A DNA stretch of 64,000 bases from a bacterium (GTDB lineage Bacteria; Electryoneota; Electryoneia; Electryoneales; Electryoneaceae): assembly GCA_963675295.2 (NCBI GenBank), contig CAXXKJ010000002.1, positions 2,304,001-2,368,000 on the forward strand, in the 5' to 3' direction. The position numbers and the translations under genes are program-made. This document shows, one piece after another, positions 28,872 through 39,854 of this stretch. Under the pieces are notes generated by a model. It worked only from the letters and a program-made list of their open reading frames with translations. It was not told the DNA's origin and ran no database searches. The number at the start of each line of letters is the position of its first letter. Positions within the stretch are counted from its first letter, which is position 1.

Positions 28872-30260
28872 ATGGAGTACCGTATCGAGCGGGACACGAT
28901 GGGCGAGATCAAGGTCCCGGCGGACAAGTATTACGGCGCCCAAACCGCGCGCAGCCTGATGAACTTCAAGATTGGCGGCGAGACGATGCCGCGTGAGTTG
29001 ATCAAGGCGTTCGGTATTCTCAAGAAGGCGGCGGCGTTGACCAATGCCGAGCTCGGTATTCTGCCGCAGGAGAAGGCGGACCTGATCGTGCAGGCGGCGG
29101 ACGAAGTCATTGACGGCAAGCTGGATGAGCACTTCCCGCTGGTCGTGTGGCAGACCGGCAGCGGCACGCAGACGAACATGAACGTCAACGAGGTGATCGC
29201 CAACCGTGCGATCGAGATCGCGGGCGGCACACTCGGCTCGAAGGATCCGGTTCACCCGAACGATGACGTCAACAAGGCGCAGTCCTCCAACGATACGTTC
29301 CCGACGGCGATGCACATCGCGGCGGCGAATGTGGTTGTCAAGACCACGATACCCGGCATCACCAAGCTGCGCAACGAGCTCAAGGACAAGAGCGAGGCGT
29401 GGGACGATATCATCAAGATCGGCCGCACGCACTTCATGGACGCGGTCCCGTTGACGCTCGGCCAGGAATTCAGTGGCTACGCGCATCAGATGAACAACGC
29501 GTTGGTGCGGATCGACGCAATGCTTCCGCGGTTGTTTGAGCTGGCGTTGGGCGGCACGGCGGTGGGTACCGGGTTGAACACACACCCGGAATTCGCGGTC
29601 AAGGCGGCGAAGAAGATCGCTGATCTGACGGATCTGCCGTTTGTCACCGCGCCGAACAAGTTCGAGGCGTTGGCAGCGCATGACGCGATTGTGGAGGCGT
29701 CCGGCGTGATGAAGACCATCGCGGTTGGCCTGATGAAGATCGGGAACGACGTGCGGATGCTCGGTTCGGGCCCGCGTTGCGGAATCGGCGAGTTGAATTT
29801 GCCGGCGAACGAGCCGGGCTCATCGATCATGCCGGGCAAGGTCAACCCGACGCAGGCGGAAGCGATCACGATGGTTGCCGCGCAGGTGATTGGGAACGAT
29901 GTCGCGGTCAATGTCGGTGGCGCGACCGGCCATTTCGAGCTGAACGTGTTCAAGCCGGTGATGATTTACAACTTCCTGCAGAGCGCGCGGCTGATCGGAG
30001 ATGCGTGCGTCTCATTCACCGACAACTGCATCGCCGGTACCGAGCCGAACAAGGCCCGGATCGACACATTGATGAACGAATCGCTGATGCTGGTGACGGC
30101 GTTGAACCCGCACATCGGGTACGACAACGCGGCGAAGGTGGCGAAGAAGGCGCATGCGGACAACACGACGTTGAAGGAAGCCGCGGTCGAGTTGGGCTTG
30201 TTGACGGCGGAAGAGTTTGACGACAAGGTGCGTCCGGAAAATATGGTGCGCCCGAAGTAA
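28872..30260 (+). CDS. fumC: Fumarate hydratase class II
   Basis: [34 protein letters not shown]; SD GGGAGG. Confidence 0.99.
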   Translation: MEYRIERDTMGEIKVPADKYYGAQTARSLMNFKIGGETMPRELIKAFGILKKAAALTNAELGILPQEKADLIVQAADEVIDGKLDEHFPLVVWQTGSGTQTNMNVNEVIANRAIEIAGGTLGSKDPVHPNDDVNKAQSSNDTFPTAMHIAAANVVVKTTIPGITKLRNELKDKSEAWDDIIKIGRTHFMDAVPLTLGQEFSGYAHQMNNALVRIDAMLPRLFELALGGTAVGTGLNTHPEFAVKAAKKIADLTDLPFVTAPNKFEALAAHDAIVEASGVMKTIAVGLMKIGNDVRMLGSGPRCGIGELNLPANEPGSSIMPGKVNPTQAEAITMVAAQVIGNDVAVNVGGATGHFELNVFKPVMIYNFLQSARLIGDACVSFTDNCIAGTEPNKARIDTLMNESLMLVTALNPHIGYDNAAKVAKKAHADNTTLKEAAVELGLLTAEEFDDKVRPENMVRPK

Positions 30261-30306
30261 GTCGGCACGGAACGCGTTTCCAGCCGATCGGAACGACATT
30301 TCTCAG

Positions 30307-30460
30307 CGAAGGGATATCAGGCCTGGTGAAGACGGCTTGATGTCCCTTCGATTATTTGTGGCGGCGGATCCCGGGCTGAAGCCCGAGGGCATGGGTGCGG
30401 TTGTGGCTTGGGTGGCGGATTATCCCGGGCTGAAGCCCGAGGGCATGCCCCGAGGGCATA
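30307..30460. repeat. Long hairpin plus two REP-like units (ATCCCGGGCTGAAGCCCGAGGGCATG)
   Basis: Hairpin cgaagggatatcaggcc...ggcttgatgtcccttcg at 30307-30350; units at 30368 and 30422, 54 nt apart. Confidence 0.85.
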
Positions 30461-30484
30461 AGGAAGGAAAGTGACAGGTACACA

Positions 30485-31360
30485 GTGGAACGACTGATTC
30501 ACACCGACATCCGGACGAATCCTGACCATCGGGAGCTGTTCTACGACCTGACGCAGATCGTGTTCGGGTTCGACCTGCAGCAGTGGTATGAGCTGGGATT
30601 CTGGACGCCGAAGTACAGGCCGCACGCGTACATCGAGGACGGGCGGATGGTGGCGAACGTCTCGGCGTACGACATGCGGCTGGTGATTGCCGGGCAGGAA
30701 CACCAGGCGGTGCAGATCGGGACGGTGATGACGCATCCCGACTATCGCGGTAGAGGGTATGCGTCGGAGCTGATGGAGCATGTGGTTGAACGGAAAGCGG
30801 CGGACGCCGATCTGATGTTCCTGTTCACCAGTCCGCATTTGATCCCGTTTTACCAGCAGAGCGGATTCGAGGTGGTCAGGGAACGCCGCTATCTGGCGGA
30901 ATTTCCGGAAGAGGTGCAGGAAAGGGGCGTAGTAACGCGTCTCGATCCCGGCGACGCGAAGACAATGGCGGGTATCTATGCCCGGGCCAAGGCCAGACTT
31001 CCACTCTCCGATCAGTTCGCGATTCTCGACGGTCCGGAGATCTTCATGTTCCATTGCCTGTACCGTTACAGGGATTGCATTTACCGCGATGAGACGTTGG
31101 ATTGCCTGTTGATCGCGAGACGGAAGGACGATGTACTCCACATCTATGACATCCTCAGCAGCGAGCCGGTGAATGTGGCGAAGTTGCTTTCCTCATTTTC
31201 GGGGGATGGCATCAAGTCTGTGGAGTTCCATTTCGTTCCGGATCGGCTGGCGTTGGAAACCCGGGTGGAACCATTTCCGGAAGAGGACGTGTTCATGGTT
31301 CGCGGAGCAGGGGTGGAGTTTCCCAACGATTTCCGCCATCAGACCACAATGCAGGCGTGA
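30485..31360 (+). CDS. GNAT family N-acetyltransferase
   Basis: QIGTVMTHPDYRGRGYAS acetyl-CoA motif; FYQQSGF. Confidence 0.9.
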   Translation: MERLIHTDIRTNPDHRELFYDLTQIVFGFDLQQWYELGFWTPKYRPHAYIEDGRMVANVSAYDMRLVIAGQEHQAVQIGTVMTHPDYRGRGYASELMEHVVERKAADADLMFLFTSPHLIPFYQQSGFEVVRERRYLAEFPEEVQERGVVTRLDPGDAKTMAGIYARAKARLPLSDQFAILDGPEIFMFHCLYRYRDCIYRDETLDCLLIARRKDDVLHIYDILSSEPVNVAKLLSSFSGDGIKSVEFHFVPDRLALETRVEPFPEEDVFMVRGAGVEFPNDFRHQTTMQA

Positions 31361-31523
31361 CACCCCGGGAGATTCAACCTGCTTTGTGCCCCGATGCGTA
31401 CGGGTCCGCTCCAATCGGATCCATCAGAAAAAGTAGTGATTTGGGAGGGCGGCCAACGGTGGGGAGGAGGGTGGAAAACAGCCATCCTCATGCAATGATT
31501 CCGGCGCTGTTCAATCGAGTGCC

Positions 31524-32468
31524 TCAACTGGGTTCATACCATGAACGAAGGTCCTTGCCGACCAATTCCTCAAGCAGTTTCATGTCTTCCAGAAGCGACA
31601 ATCGCACGATTTCCCGATCCTCGGCTGTTACGACCGGCTTCCCCTCTTTAAGGGCGAATCGTCGATACACTCGGTTCCAGCTAACCTCGCTGCGGTTCTG
31701 AACCCGTTTGGCAAATGACTCGGAAACGACGACTCTGCTCGCCGCTATCAGTCCTCGACTACAGGCACGGAAAAGCGGAAATCCGAACTGCATCAGGGAT
31801 CGGCTGAGCGATTGCCTAGGAAGCATTCCCCGATTCGACCACCCCAGTTCTCGTCTGCCGTCATCCTCAATATCCAGGAAATCCCGCAGCTCCGCGTACG
31901 CCGACGGAAAGTCGTTTACAAGATCTTCGAGCAGAAAAATGAGCACCTGTTCACGTGGAAAATGCGCGAGCAGCCGCTGAAGTTGTTTCCCGAAAGTAGC
32001 GAGATTCCGGTATTGCAGCACTGCAGGTTCACGCGCGTTCAGAGGAATATTCTTACCGTTTGCGCGATCCTCCTGAAGATCCCAGGCCGCTCTGAATGTC
32101 TGCTGATCCTCATCTGTTCCATACCTTCTCATATGCGAATACCATGAGATGGCGAAATCGATTGGATTCCTGAAGATGCAGACCAGCCGGGCGTTCGGAT
32201 TGAATTGCTTGATTCTCTCCGCGGCGACGGACGAAGTAAGATACAGAGGTGTTGATTCGCCGACGATTTTCTTGCCGTTTGCGGCGGTGAACTGTGACAG
32301 GTACTCTTCCTCGGAAGTGATCTGCACGAGACCGGGAAAATCAACGTGGAAATAATTCAATTCTTTCGGTGTCGAAAGAAAGACATCCGGATGTAGCCGT
32401 AAAAAAGAATACAGTGAAGTCGTGCCGCACTTCGGTGCGCCCACGAGGAAGAAGTTAGGCTTTTGCAT
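31524..32468 (-). CDS. PAPS-dependent sulfotransferase
   Basis: PNFFLVGAPKCGTTSL (5'-PSB loop), KELNYF, GESTPLYL, RNPIDFAISWY (3'-PB). Confidence 0.9.
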   Translation of the reverse strand: MQKPNFFLVGAPKCGTTSLYSFLRLHPDVFLSTPKELNYFHVDFPGLVQITSEEEYLSQFTAANGKKIVGESTPLYLTSSVAAERIKQFNPNARLVCIFRNPIDFAISWYSHMRRYGTDEDQQTFRAAWDLQEDRANGKNIPLNAREPAVLQYRNLATFGKQLQRLLAHFPREQVLIFLLEDLVNDFPSAYAELRDFLDIEDDGRRELGWSNRGMLPRQSLSRSLMQFGFPLFRACSRGLIAASRVVVSESFAKRVQNRSEVSWNRVYRRFALKEGKPVVTAEDREIVRLSLLEDMKLLEELVGKDLRSWYEPS

Positions 32469-32888
32469 CAAATGCCTCTGTATCCAGATGCAGGATGCCT
32501 TGATGTGCGGATAGAACAATTTCCGCACGACACGCATCTTGCGCAGATCGTCATGTTTTTGGCCGCCTCCGGACATACGGTAGTCGATTTGACTTGTCCG
32601 GATCGCGCCCTGACTGGGGGGAGAAATGAAGGGTTCAAAGCGTCAGAGCATATGGTAGATCATTGGCCTCGAAGCTGTACTACCCTCCATCTGGTCGGCG
32701 GGAAGGTACATATTTTCAGATCCAGCCGACAAGGGCTTGCCGCACGACATCCCCTGAAGAACAGATGTGTACAGTTCATGCACTGTCCCGGCATCTGACG
32801 CTCGGAGTCATTCGCTGAAACCCTCACCTGTGGTTCCGCATTTCGTATCATTCCCGCATCATCTATCACTTGCGTAGCGAGGCGAAGC

Positions 32889-33788
32889 ATGAACCCGACC
32901 AGTGAAATCAACCTCCCGTTGCAGAAAATCAACAGCGGCAAAGTCCGTGAGATTTACGCGGTTGGTGATGACAAGCTGCTGCTGGTGACCTCTGACCGGC
33001 TCAGCGCCTTCGATGTGATTCTGCCACAGCCGATTCCGAACAAGGGCGCGGTGCTGAACCAGATGTCGCTGTTCTGGTTCGAGCATTTCCAGGGCAAGGT
33101 GAAGCATGCGGTGCTGGAAGAGGATCCTCGCAAGGTGCCGGAGCTGGCGGATGTTGATGCTGATACGATGGACGTGTTGTCCGGCCGTACGGTGCTGATG
33201 CGCAAGGCGCAGCCGTTCCCGGTGGAATGCATCGTCCGTGGCTGGTTGATCGGCTCAGGCTACAAGGACTATACGAAGACGGGCAAGGTGTGCGGGATTG
33301 ACTTGCCGGAAGGATTGCGCAAGGCCGACCGTCTGCCGGAACCGATTTTCACGCCATCGACCAAGGCTACCGAAGGCCACGACGAGAATATCTCGTTCGA
33401 ACAGGTGGTGGAGTTGATCGGACAGGACCACGCCGAGCAGTTGCGCGACCTGTCGTTGCTGATTTACACGCAGGCGGCCGAGTATGCGCGTGAACGCGGG
33501 ATCATCATCGCCGACACCAAGTTCGAGTTCGGGTTGCTGGACGGTGAGATCGTACTGATTGACGAAGTGCTGACGCCGGACTCGAGCCGGTTCTGGCCGG
33601 CGGACAAGGTGGTGCCGGGCGAGAACCCGCCGAGCTATGACAAGCAGATCGTGCGTGACTGGCTCGAGGCGAGTGGCTGGGGCAAGACTCCACCGGCGCC
33701 AGAATTGCCGGATGAGATCATCGAGAAGACCTCCTCGGCGTATCTTGATATCTACACGAAGCTCGCGGGGCGGGAGTTGAAGGGGTAA
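32889..33788 (+). CDS. purC: SAICAR synthetase
   Basis: SGKVREIY, SDRLSAFDV, FTPSTKA, ADTKFEFG, DEVLTPDSSRFW. Confidence 0.98.
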   Translation: MNPTSEINLPLQKINSGKVREIYAVGDDKLLLVTSDRLSAFDVILPQPIPNKGAVLNQMSLFWFEHFQGKVKHAVLEEDPRKVPELADVDADTMDVLSGRTVLMRKAQPFPVECIVRGWLIGSGYKDYTKTGKVCGIDLPEGLRKADRLPEPIFTPSTKATEGHDENISFEQVVELIGQDHAEQLRDLSLLIYTQAAEYARERGIIIADTKFEFGLLDGEIVLIDEVLTPDSSRFWPADKVVPGENPPSYDKQIVRDWLEASGWGKTPPAPELPDEIIEKTSSAYLDIYTKLAGRELKG

Positions 33789-33800
33789 GATTTCTTCATT

Positions 33801-33866
33801 ACCACGGACTGTAGTCCGTGGTAGTGGGTCAGGTTCGGATGAGCCCAGACATGAATGTCTGGGGCA
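33801..33866. repeat. Two REP-like hairpins
   Basis: accacggac-tgta-gtccgtggt (33801) and gcccagacatgaatgtctggggca (33843); the latter recurs at 46453. Confidence 0.75.
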
Positions 33867-33912
33867 TGGTATTGATATCGTAGGCAGGTGACGGAACGAA
33901 GCGAGGGAACGG

Positions 33913-34620
33913 ATGCCGGAGAGCACGGGATCACAGAAAGCGGCGATGCCGCAGCAGACGATTGAGGCGATTGCGAAATCGTTTTACCGGGAAGCCACGC
34001 AGTACGGGTTCCACCGTCACGATTTCCTCCGTTACGTCAACATCCTGCTCGATCTCGGTCTGGAGACCAGTGGGGTGTACACCCCGCCGAAGATGGCGAA
34101 GCCGGAACCGGTAGCCGAGCCCACCGCCGCAGAGAAGAAGGCGATTGTGGTCAAGCCGTACGAAGCGCGCAATTTCAAGATGCTGCAGGCGTGGGTGAAC
34201 GATCCAATGGGGCGTCAATTTCTCGAAACCATGCCCGGGCTGAAGCGTGAACTGAAGGACCTGATTCAAGATCCGAACAGTGTCTTCGGGATTGTATCGT
34301 TGAACGGCAAGTCGATTGGCGCGTTGGCGTATCTGAACATCGACAAGAGCGCGCGCAAGGCGGAACTGCGGAAGTTGATCGGAGATCCGGAAGCGCGTGG
34401 GCACGGCTACGCGAAGATTGCGACGCAGTATTGGATCGAGTATGGTATCACCACGCTTGGTCTGCGCAAGGTTTACGTGAACACGTTGGATACGAACCTG
34501 AAGAACATCAAATTGAACGAGGAGCTGGGCCTGCGTGTCGAGGGTTTGTTGCGGGATGAAATTCATCTTGACGGCAAGTTCCACGACATTTTGCGCATGA
34601 GCCTGGTTGTCCCGGATTGA
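33913..34620 (+). CDS. RimJ/RimL-type GNAT acetyltransferase with N-terminal helical extension
   Basis: KAELRKLIGDPEARGHGYA, LGLRKVY, GLRVEGLLR...DGKFHDILRMSL. Confidence 0.82.
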   Translation: MPESTGSQKAAMPQQTIEAIAKSFYREATQYGFHRHDFLRYVNILLDLGLETSGVYTPPKMAKPEPVAEPTAAEKKAIVVKPYEARNFKMLQAWVNDPMGRQFLETMPGLKRELKDLIQDPNSVFGIVSLNGKSIGALAYLNIDKSARKAELRKLIGDPEARGHGYAKIATQYWIEYGITTLGLRKVYVNTLDTNLKNIKLNEELGLRVEGLLRDEIHLDGKFHDILRMSLVVPD

Positions 34621-34669
34621 ACAAACCGCAACAGTTGACCCATCATCAGTGTTACGGAGAACGAACCGC

Positions 34670-35146
34670 ATGATCAACGTGCGTGAAAAGACGGCGGATG
34701 ACAACGAATGGATGGCTGAGGTCGTCACGGAAAACTGGGGCTCGACGCGCATTGTCACTCGTGGGCGGGTACATGATGTCGAGTCGATTCCGGGGTATGT
34801 CGCCGAAAAGGACGGCGAACGTGTCGGCCTGTTGACGTACCAGATTTACGGCAAGGAGTGTGAGCTGATCACGATGAACGCTTTCGAGAAGGGGGTGGGG
34901 ATCGGGACGGCGTTGCTGGATGCCCTGCGCGACAAGGCGAAGGAGCATGATTGCCGCGGGATCTGGCTGATTACGACCAATGACAACGTTGACGCCATGC
35001 GGTTTTACCAGAAGAAGGGGTTCTTCTTCGTGGATGTGCACCGCGATGCGGTATTGACCGCCCGCCGGCTGAAACCGGAGATCCCGGAGATCGGGTTGTA
35101 TGGCATTCCGATCCGTGACGAGATCGAACTGGTGATGCCGTTGTGA
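34670..35146 (+). CDS. GNAT family N-acetyltransferase
   Basis: KGVGIGTALL, LITTNDNVDAMRFYQKKGF, GIPIRDEIEL. Confidence 0.9.
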   Translation: MINVREKTADDNEWMAEVVTENWGSTRIVTRGRVHDVESIPGYVAEKDGERVGLLTYQIYGKECELITMNAFEKGVGIGTALLDALRDKAKEHDCRGIWLITTNDNVDAMRFYQKKGFFFVDVHRDAVLTARRLKPEIPEIGLYGIPIRDEIELVMPL

Positions 35147-35204
35147 CGGAGGATGTTGAGACATTTCCGCCGACCTTGTACGGCGAGCAATGGAATGTGG
35201 TACC

Positions 35205-36029
35205 ATGAGACCGACATTCGTGGGAATCGGCGGGCAGAAAACCGCCTCGACGTGGACGTACATGGTCCTGCGTGAGCATCCCGAGATCTGCATGTCGGAG
35301 ATGAAGGAGATTCATTATTTCTCACAGGAATATGATCGGGGTGAAGACTGGTACCTGAGCTTTTTCGAGTCGTGTGAAAATGCAAAGGTAGCTGGTGAAT
35401 TCAGCGTCACTTACTATCGCAATCCCGAGGTCCGTGAACGCATCCATCGGTTCAATCCCCAGATGAAGATCCTGATGAACCTGCGCGATCCGGTTGAGCG
35501 CAGTTTCAGCCACTATCGGTTCAAATCACAGTTGGGACAGTACACGGAGCCGTTCGACGAAGCGTTGGACGTGCATCCGGAGATCATCCAATGGAGCAAG
35601 TATGGGGAGCTGGTGCTCCCGTATGTGGAAACATTCGGCCGTGAGAACGTGCACTTCATCAAGCAGGAAGATGTGCACAGCCGTCCGGACGATGTGACAC
35701 GTGAGCTGTATGAGTTTCTCGGGGTGGATCCGTCATTCACCACCGACTTCGGAAAGAAGACCGTCAACTCGACCATCGACCCGAAAAGTGTGTTGCTGGA
35801 GCGCATGCGGCACAAGGTGTGGTGCTGGGTCAACGATCATGGGATGTACCGGATTGTTCCGATTATCCGCCGCAGCGGGTTGTCGAATTTGTACCGGAAG
35901 CTGAATCATAACAAGAAGAAGCAGCAACGTTTAAGTGACGAACAACGGCAATCGTTGCGAGCACGGTTTACGGACGACCTGCAGCGATTCATGGATGGCA
36001 CGGGTGTCGATGTCAGTGAGTGGATGTGA
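35205..36029 (+). CDS. PAPS-dependent sulfotransferase
   Basis: PTFVGIGGQKTASTW, KEIHYF, LRDPVERSFSHY. Confidence 0.9.
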   Translation: MRPTFVGIGGQKTASTWTYMVLREHPEICMSEMKEIHYFSQEYDRGEDWYLSFFESCENAKVAGEFSVTYYRNPEVRERIHRFNPQMKILMNLRDPVERSFSHYRFKSQLGQYTEPFDEALDVHPEIIQWSKYGELVLPYVETFGRENVHFIKQEDVHSRPDDVTRELYEFLGVDPSFTTDFGKKTVNSTIDPKSVLLERMRHKVWCWVNDHGMYRIVPIIRRSGLSNLYRKLNHNKKKQQRLSDEQRQSLRARFTDDLQRFMDGTGVDVSEWM

Positions 36030-36081
36030 CCGAACGGGCACATTGCCTGGCCTGCCTGTGCTGCAACATGGTTTTCGATAG

Positions 36082-39000
36082 ATGAACCTCTTCAAAAAAG
36101 TCTTTGGCACTCGCCATGATCGTGAGCTGAAAAAGGTTCAGCCGATTGTAGATGAGATCAACCGCCATTTTGAGACCCTGTCCGGGTTGTCGGATGATGA
36201 GCTGCGCGGCAAGACCGATCAGTTCAAGGAATTCATCCGCGATCGGATGGGTGATTTCGATCCGTACGCCGGGCTGGAGAAGTCCGATCCGGAGCGCGAG
36301 AAGAAGGCGAAGAAGAACGAGCTGGCAGCGTTGAACGAGATTCTCGACGAAATCCTGCCGGAAGCGTTCGCGGTGGTCAAGGAAGGCTGCCGCCGTCTGA
36401 CGGAACGCGAACACTCGTTCGTCGCCGCCGAAACCGAGATGACGTGGGCGATGGTTCCGTACGACGTGCAGCTCGTCGGCGGGATTCAGCTGCACCGAGG
36501 CCGTATCGCGGAGATGGCGACCGGTGAAGGCAAGACGCTGGTCGCGACGATGCCGTTGTACTTGAACGCGCTGGCCGGGCGTGGCTCGCACCTGGTGACG
36601 GTGAACGACTACCTCGCCCGCCGTGATGCGGAGTGGATGGGGCAGTTGTACGAATTCCTCGGTCTGACGACAGGCGTGATTCTCAGCCAGCTGGCTCCCG
36701 ATGTGCGGAAAGAATCGTATGCTGCCGATATAACGTATGGGACGAACAACGAGTTCGGCTTCGACTATCTGCGCGACAACATGGCGACGGATGTCGAACG
36801 GCTTGTACAGCGTCGACACCACTACGCCATCGTCGACGAGGTCGACAGCGTGCTGATCGACGAGGCGCGTACCCCGTTGATTATTGCCGGACCGGTCCCG
36901 CGCAGCAGCGAAGGCGATTTTACCAAGCTGAATCCGTCGGTGAAGACGCTGGTCGAGCGGCAGAAACGGCTTGTCGTACATCTGCTTGACGAGGCAGACG
37001 CGCTGATGAACGGCAAGGCCGAACCGAAGGGCAAGGACCCGCAGTTCGAGGCCGGGATCAAGCTGTTCCAGGCGAACCGTGGCGCGCCGAAGAACAAGCG
37101 CGTGCTGAAGCTGCTCAGCGAGCAGGGGATCAAGTCGTTGATCCAGTCGGTGGAAGACGAGTTCATCCGTGAAAAGCGGGTGCATGAACTCGACGAAGAC
37201 CTGCTGTATGCCATCGACGAGAAGACGAACAGCATTGACCTCACGGACAAAGGACGTGACGAACTGGCGAAGATCTCGCATCAGGACAGTGACTACTTCA
37301 TGTTGCCTGATCTCGCTGATGTGTTCCATGAAATCGATCAGGATACGTCGCTGAGCGACTCGCAGAAGGCCGAGAAAAAGGCTGACGAGGAAGCTCAGAT
37401 GGCGGAACGCAGCTCGAACCTGCATACCATCAGCCAGTTGTTGCGTGCGCACACGTTGTACAACAAGGATGATGAGTATGTGATCGAGAACGGCAAGGTG
37501 CAGATTGTCGACACGTTCACCGGCCGTATCATGTATGGGCGGCGGTATTCGGACGGGTTGCACCAAGCGATCGAGGCGAAGGAAGGTGTGCGTGTCGAGG
37601 CGGAAACGCAGACGATTGCCTCGATTACGTTGCAGAACTATTTCCGGCTCTATGGCAAGCTGGCAGGGATGACCGGTACGGCGGAGACGGAAGAGGACGA
37701 GTTCTTCAAGATTTACAACATGGATGTGTCCGTCATTCCGACGAACCGTCCAATCGCGCGCAAGGACCTGGACGACGAGGTATACCGAACCCAGCGTGAA
37801 AAGTACAAGGCGATTATTGACGAGATCGTGCGTGTGCACGAGCTCGGGTTGCCGGTGCTGGTTGGTACGACGTCGGTCGAGATCAGCGAGCTGGTCGCGC
37901 GAATGCTGGGCACGCGAACGGTTGCCGGACGCAAACTGAAAGAGCACGTTGCGGTTTTGAACGCGAAGCAGCATCAGCGGGAAGCGGAAATCGTCGTGCA
38001 GGCGGGGCGTCCCGGCGCGATCACGATTGCGACGAACATGGCCGGTCGTGGTACGGATATCAAGATCGGGCCGGAGATCAAGGACGCACATGGGCCGGAC
38101 GGGATAATCACCCAACGGCTTGAGGCGGATAAGGAGCTACGGGATCGTCACATAAAGGAGTACAACTACGACCCGAAGGAACAGCCGGGCGGGTTGCAGA
38201 TTATCGGCACCGAGCGTCACGAAGCGCGCCGGATCGACCGTCAGTTGCGCGGTCGTTCGGGACGTCAGGGCGATCCGGGCCGGTCGAAGTTCTACGTGTC
38301 GATTGAAGACGACCTGATGCGCATGTTCGGCGGTGAGCGCATGGGCAAGATCATGGACTCGCTGGGGATCAAGGACGGCGAGGTGATCACGCATCCGATG
38401 GTCACCAAGGCGATCGAGAAGGCGCAGACGCGTGTCGAACAATACAACTTCTCGATCCGTGAGCATTTGCTGAAGTATGACGACGTGATGAACATCCAGC
38501 GCGAGGTGATTTACGCCCGGCGCCGGAACGCGTTGCACGGTGACATCTTCGAGGAGCATGAAAATCTGCTCGAAGAGTATGTCGCCGTGACTGTGGATCG
38601 ATACGCACCCTCGAAGGAGGGAGCCTACGGCTGGGAAATCGACGAGTTGCGCTCAGCACTCTTGCGAAACCTTCACGTCGATTTGCACATTGATGAGGCT
38701 CAACTGGATACGTTGACCGGGGATGAACTTGAGGGAAAAATCCTCGAGGCCGCGCGTCAACGCTTCCAACTTCGCAAAGAACAGCTTGGCGAAGAGCTCT
38801 ATGAAAGGTTGCTGCGGTACGCGATTCTCCGCGTTGTCGATCAACAGTGGATGGATCATCTCTACGAGATGGACCGGCTCAAGGAAGGGATCGGGCTGCG
38901 CTCGTATGCGCAGAAGGATCCGTTGATCGAGTACAAGCGTGAGGGCCTGGAGGCGTTCGAGGATATGCTCGGGCGTGTTGCCGAGACCAGCTTGCGGATG

Positions 39001-39315
39001 ATCCTGAACGCTCAGATTCAGGAACCGCCGAAGGTTGAGTCGCGGGTGCTGGATGCGGGCAAGGCGGTGAAGAGTGATGCGACGGGCATGGGGATGAGCC
39101 AGGCCCAGGCGCAGGCGCAGCAACGTCAGCCGGCGATGGCTGGCGCGAGCGTGGAACGGGCGATGAATCGTCCGGGACGCGGGCAGCGTCCGCAGCCGCA
39201 ACAGCAGCAGCAACAGGCGAAGACGCCGGTGACGCGTGAGGAGCCGAAAGTCGGCCGGAATGATCCCTGCTGGTGTGGCAGCGGGAAAAAGTATAAGCAT
39301 TGTCACGGACAATAG
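36082..39315 (+). CDS. secA: Preprotein translocase subunit SecA
   Basis: [41 protein letters not shown]-terminal [19 protein letters not shown]. Confidence 0.99.
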   Translation: MNLFKKVFGTRHDRELKKVQPIVDEINRHFETLSGLSDDELRGKTDQFKEFIRDRMGDFDPYAGLEKSDPEREKKAKKNELAALNEILDEILPEAFAVVKEGCRRLTEREHSFVAAETEMTWAMVPYDVQLVGGIQLHRGRIAEMATGEGKTLVATMPLYLNALAGRGSHLVTVNDYLARRDAEWMGQLYEFLGLTTGVILSQLAPDVRKESYAADITYGTNNEFGFDYLRDNMATDVERLVQRRHHYAIVDEVDSVLIDEARTPLIIAGPVPRSSEGDFTKLNPSVKTLVERQKRLVVHLLDEADALMNGKAEPKGKDPQFEAGIKLFQANRGAPKNKRVLKLLSEQGIKSLIQSVEDEFIREKRVHELDEDLLYAIDEKTNSIDLTDKGRDELAKISHQDSDYFMLPDLADVFHEIDQDTSLSDSQKAEKKADEEAQMAERSSNLHTISQLLRAHTLYNKDDEYVIENGKVQIVDTFTGRIMYGRRYSDGLHQAIEAKEGVRVEAETQTIASITLQNYFRLYGKLAGMTGTAETEEDEFFKIYNMDVSVIPTNRPIARKDLDDEVYRTQREKYKAIIDEIVRVHELGLPVLVGTTSVEISELVARMLGTRTVAGRKLKEHVAVLNAKQHQREAEIVVQAGRPGAITIATNMAGRGTDIKIGPEIKDAHGPDGIITQRLEADKELRDRHIKEYNYDPKEQPGGLQIIGTERHEARRIDRQLRGRSGRQGDPGRSKFYVSIEDDLMRMFGGERMGKIMDSLGIKDGEVITHPMVTKAIEKAQTRVEQYNFSIREHLLKYDDVMNIQREVIYARRRNALHGDIFEEHENLLEEYVAVTVDRYAPSKEGAYGWEIDELRSALLRNLHVDLHIDEAQLDTLTGDELEGKILEAARQRFQLRKEQLGEELYERLLRYAILRVVDQQWMDHLYEMDRLKEGIGLRSYAQKDPLIEYKREGLEAFEDMLGRVAETSLRMILNAQIQEPPKVESRVLDAGKAVKSDATGMGMSQAQAQAQQRQPAMAGASVERAMNRPGRGQRPQPQQQQQQAKTPVTREEPKVGRNDPCWCGSGKKYKHCHGQ

Positions 39316-39338
39316 CTGAAACGAGCGAAAGGTCCGGG

Positions 39339-39830
39339 ATGAGAGACGAATCCCTGGTACCGCGCAAGGTGGTGGGTCTGGCGATGCACCTCCTACGCGA
39401 ACTGCGAGAAGAACGCATCCACCTCGAGGAAATCGAGGACATGGGAGAGGAGCTCCGGGGACAGGGGTATTCCGATTCCGAGATCAACGCGGCGTTCGAT
39501 TGGGTGTTTGACCGGATCGATGGCGTTGATCCGTCCGAAGTCATGTACCGTGGCGGATACAGCAACACGGCGTTCCGTGTGCTGCATCCGGCGGAGCAGG
39601 CCGTGTTGACGGCGGAAGCGTTCGGCCAGATGATCGAAATGCAGACACTCGGCATGTTAGACCTTGAAGATGTCGAACGGCTGCTCGATCGTGCGATGGC
39701 GATTGGTGGACCATTGAACCAGGACGATTTGCGCACGCTGGTGCATTCGTACCTGTTTGAGGAGGGGGTGCGGCCGGGCAACCGCAATGGTGCCCTGAAC
39801 CTGATCAGCACCCGGGGAACGATTCACTAA
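39339..39830 (+). CDS. DUF494 / Smg family protein
   Basis: LRGQGYSDSEINAAFDW, FRVLHPAE...EAFG...LGML. Confidence 0.8.
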   Translation: MRDESLVPRKVVGLAMHLLRELREERIHLEEIEDMGEELRGQGYSDSEINAAFDWVFDRIDGVDPSEVMYRGGYSNTAFRVLHPAEQAVLTAEAFGQMIEMQTLGMLDLEDVERLLDRAMAIGGPLNQDDLRTLVHSYLFEEGVRPGNRNGALNLISTRGTIH

Positions 39831-39854
39831 CTCGATTTGCTAGCCGAGGCGGGA

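Noticed and set aside
31444-32570. Short inverted repeat (GGAG(G)GCGGCCAA) bracketing the lower-GC sulfotransferase as transposon ends
   Set aside because: Only 9 bp of perfect match in GC-rich DNA, with no target duplication or transposase; plausibly chance.
32469-32888. ZTP or purine riboswitch upstream of purC
   Set aside because: No match by eye to the ZMP/ZTP or purine riboswitch consensus, and no terminator platform.
36013-38115. 700-aa antisense ORF, and similar long antisense ORFs over glmS, metG, the M1 peptidase and the OB-fold gene
   Set aside because: These are shadow ORFs expected from GC-rich codon bias opposite clear genes; they have no motifs of their own.
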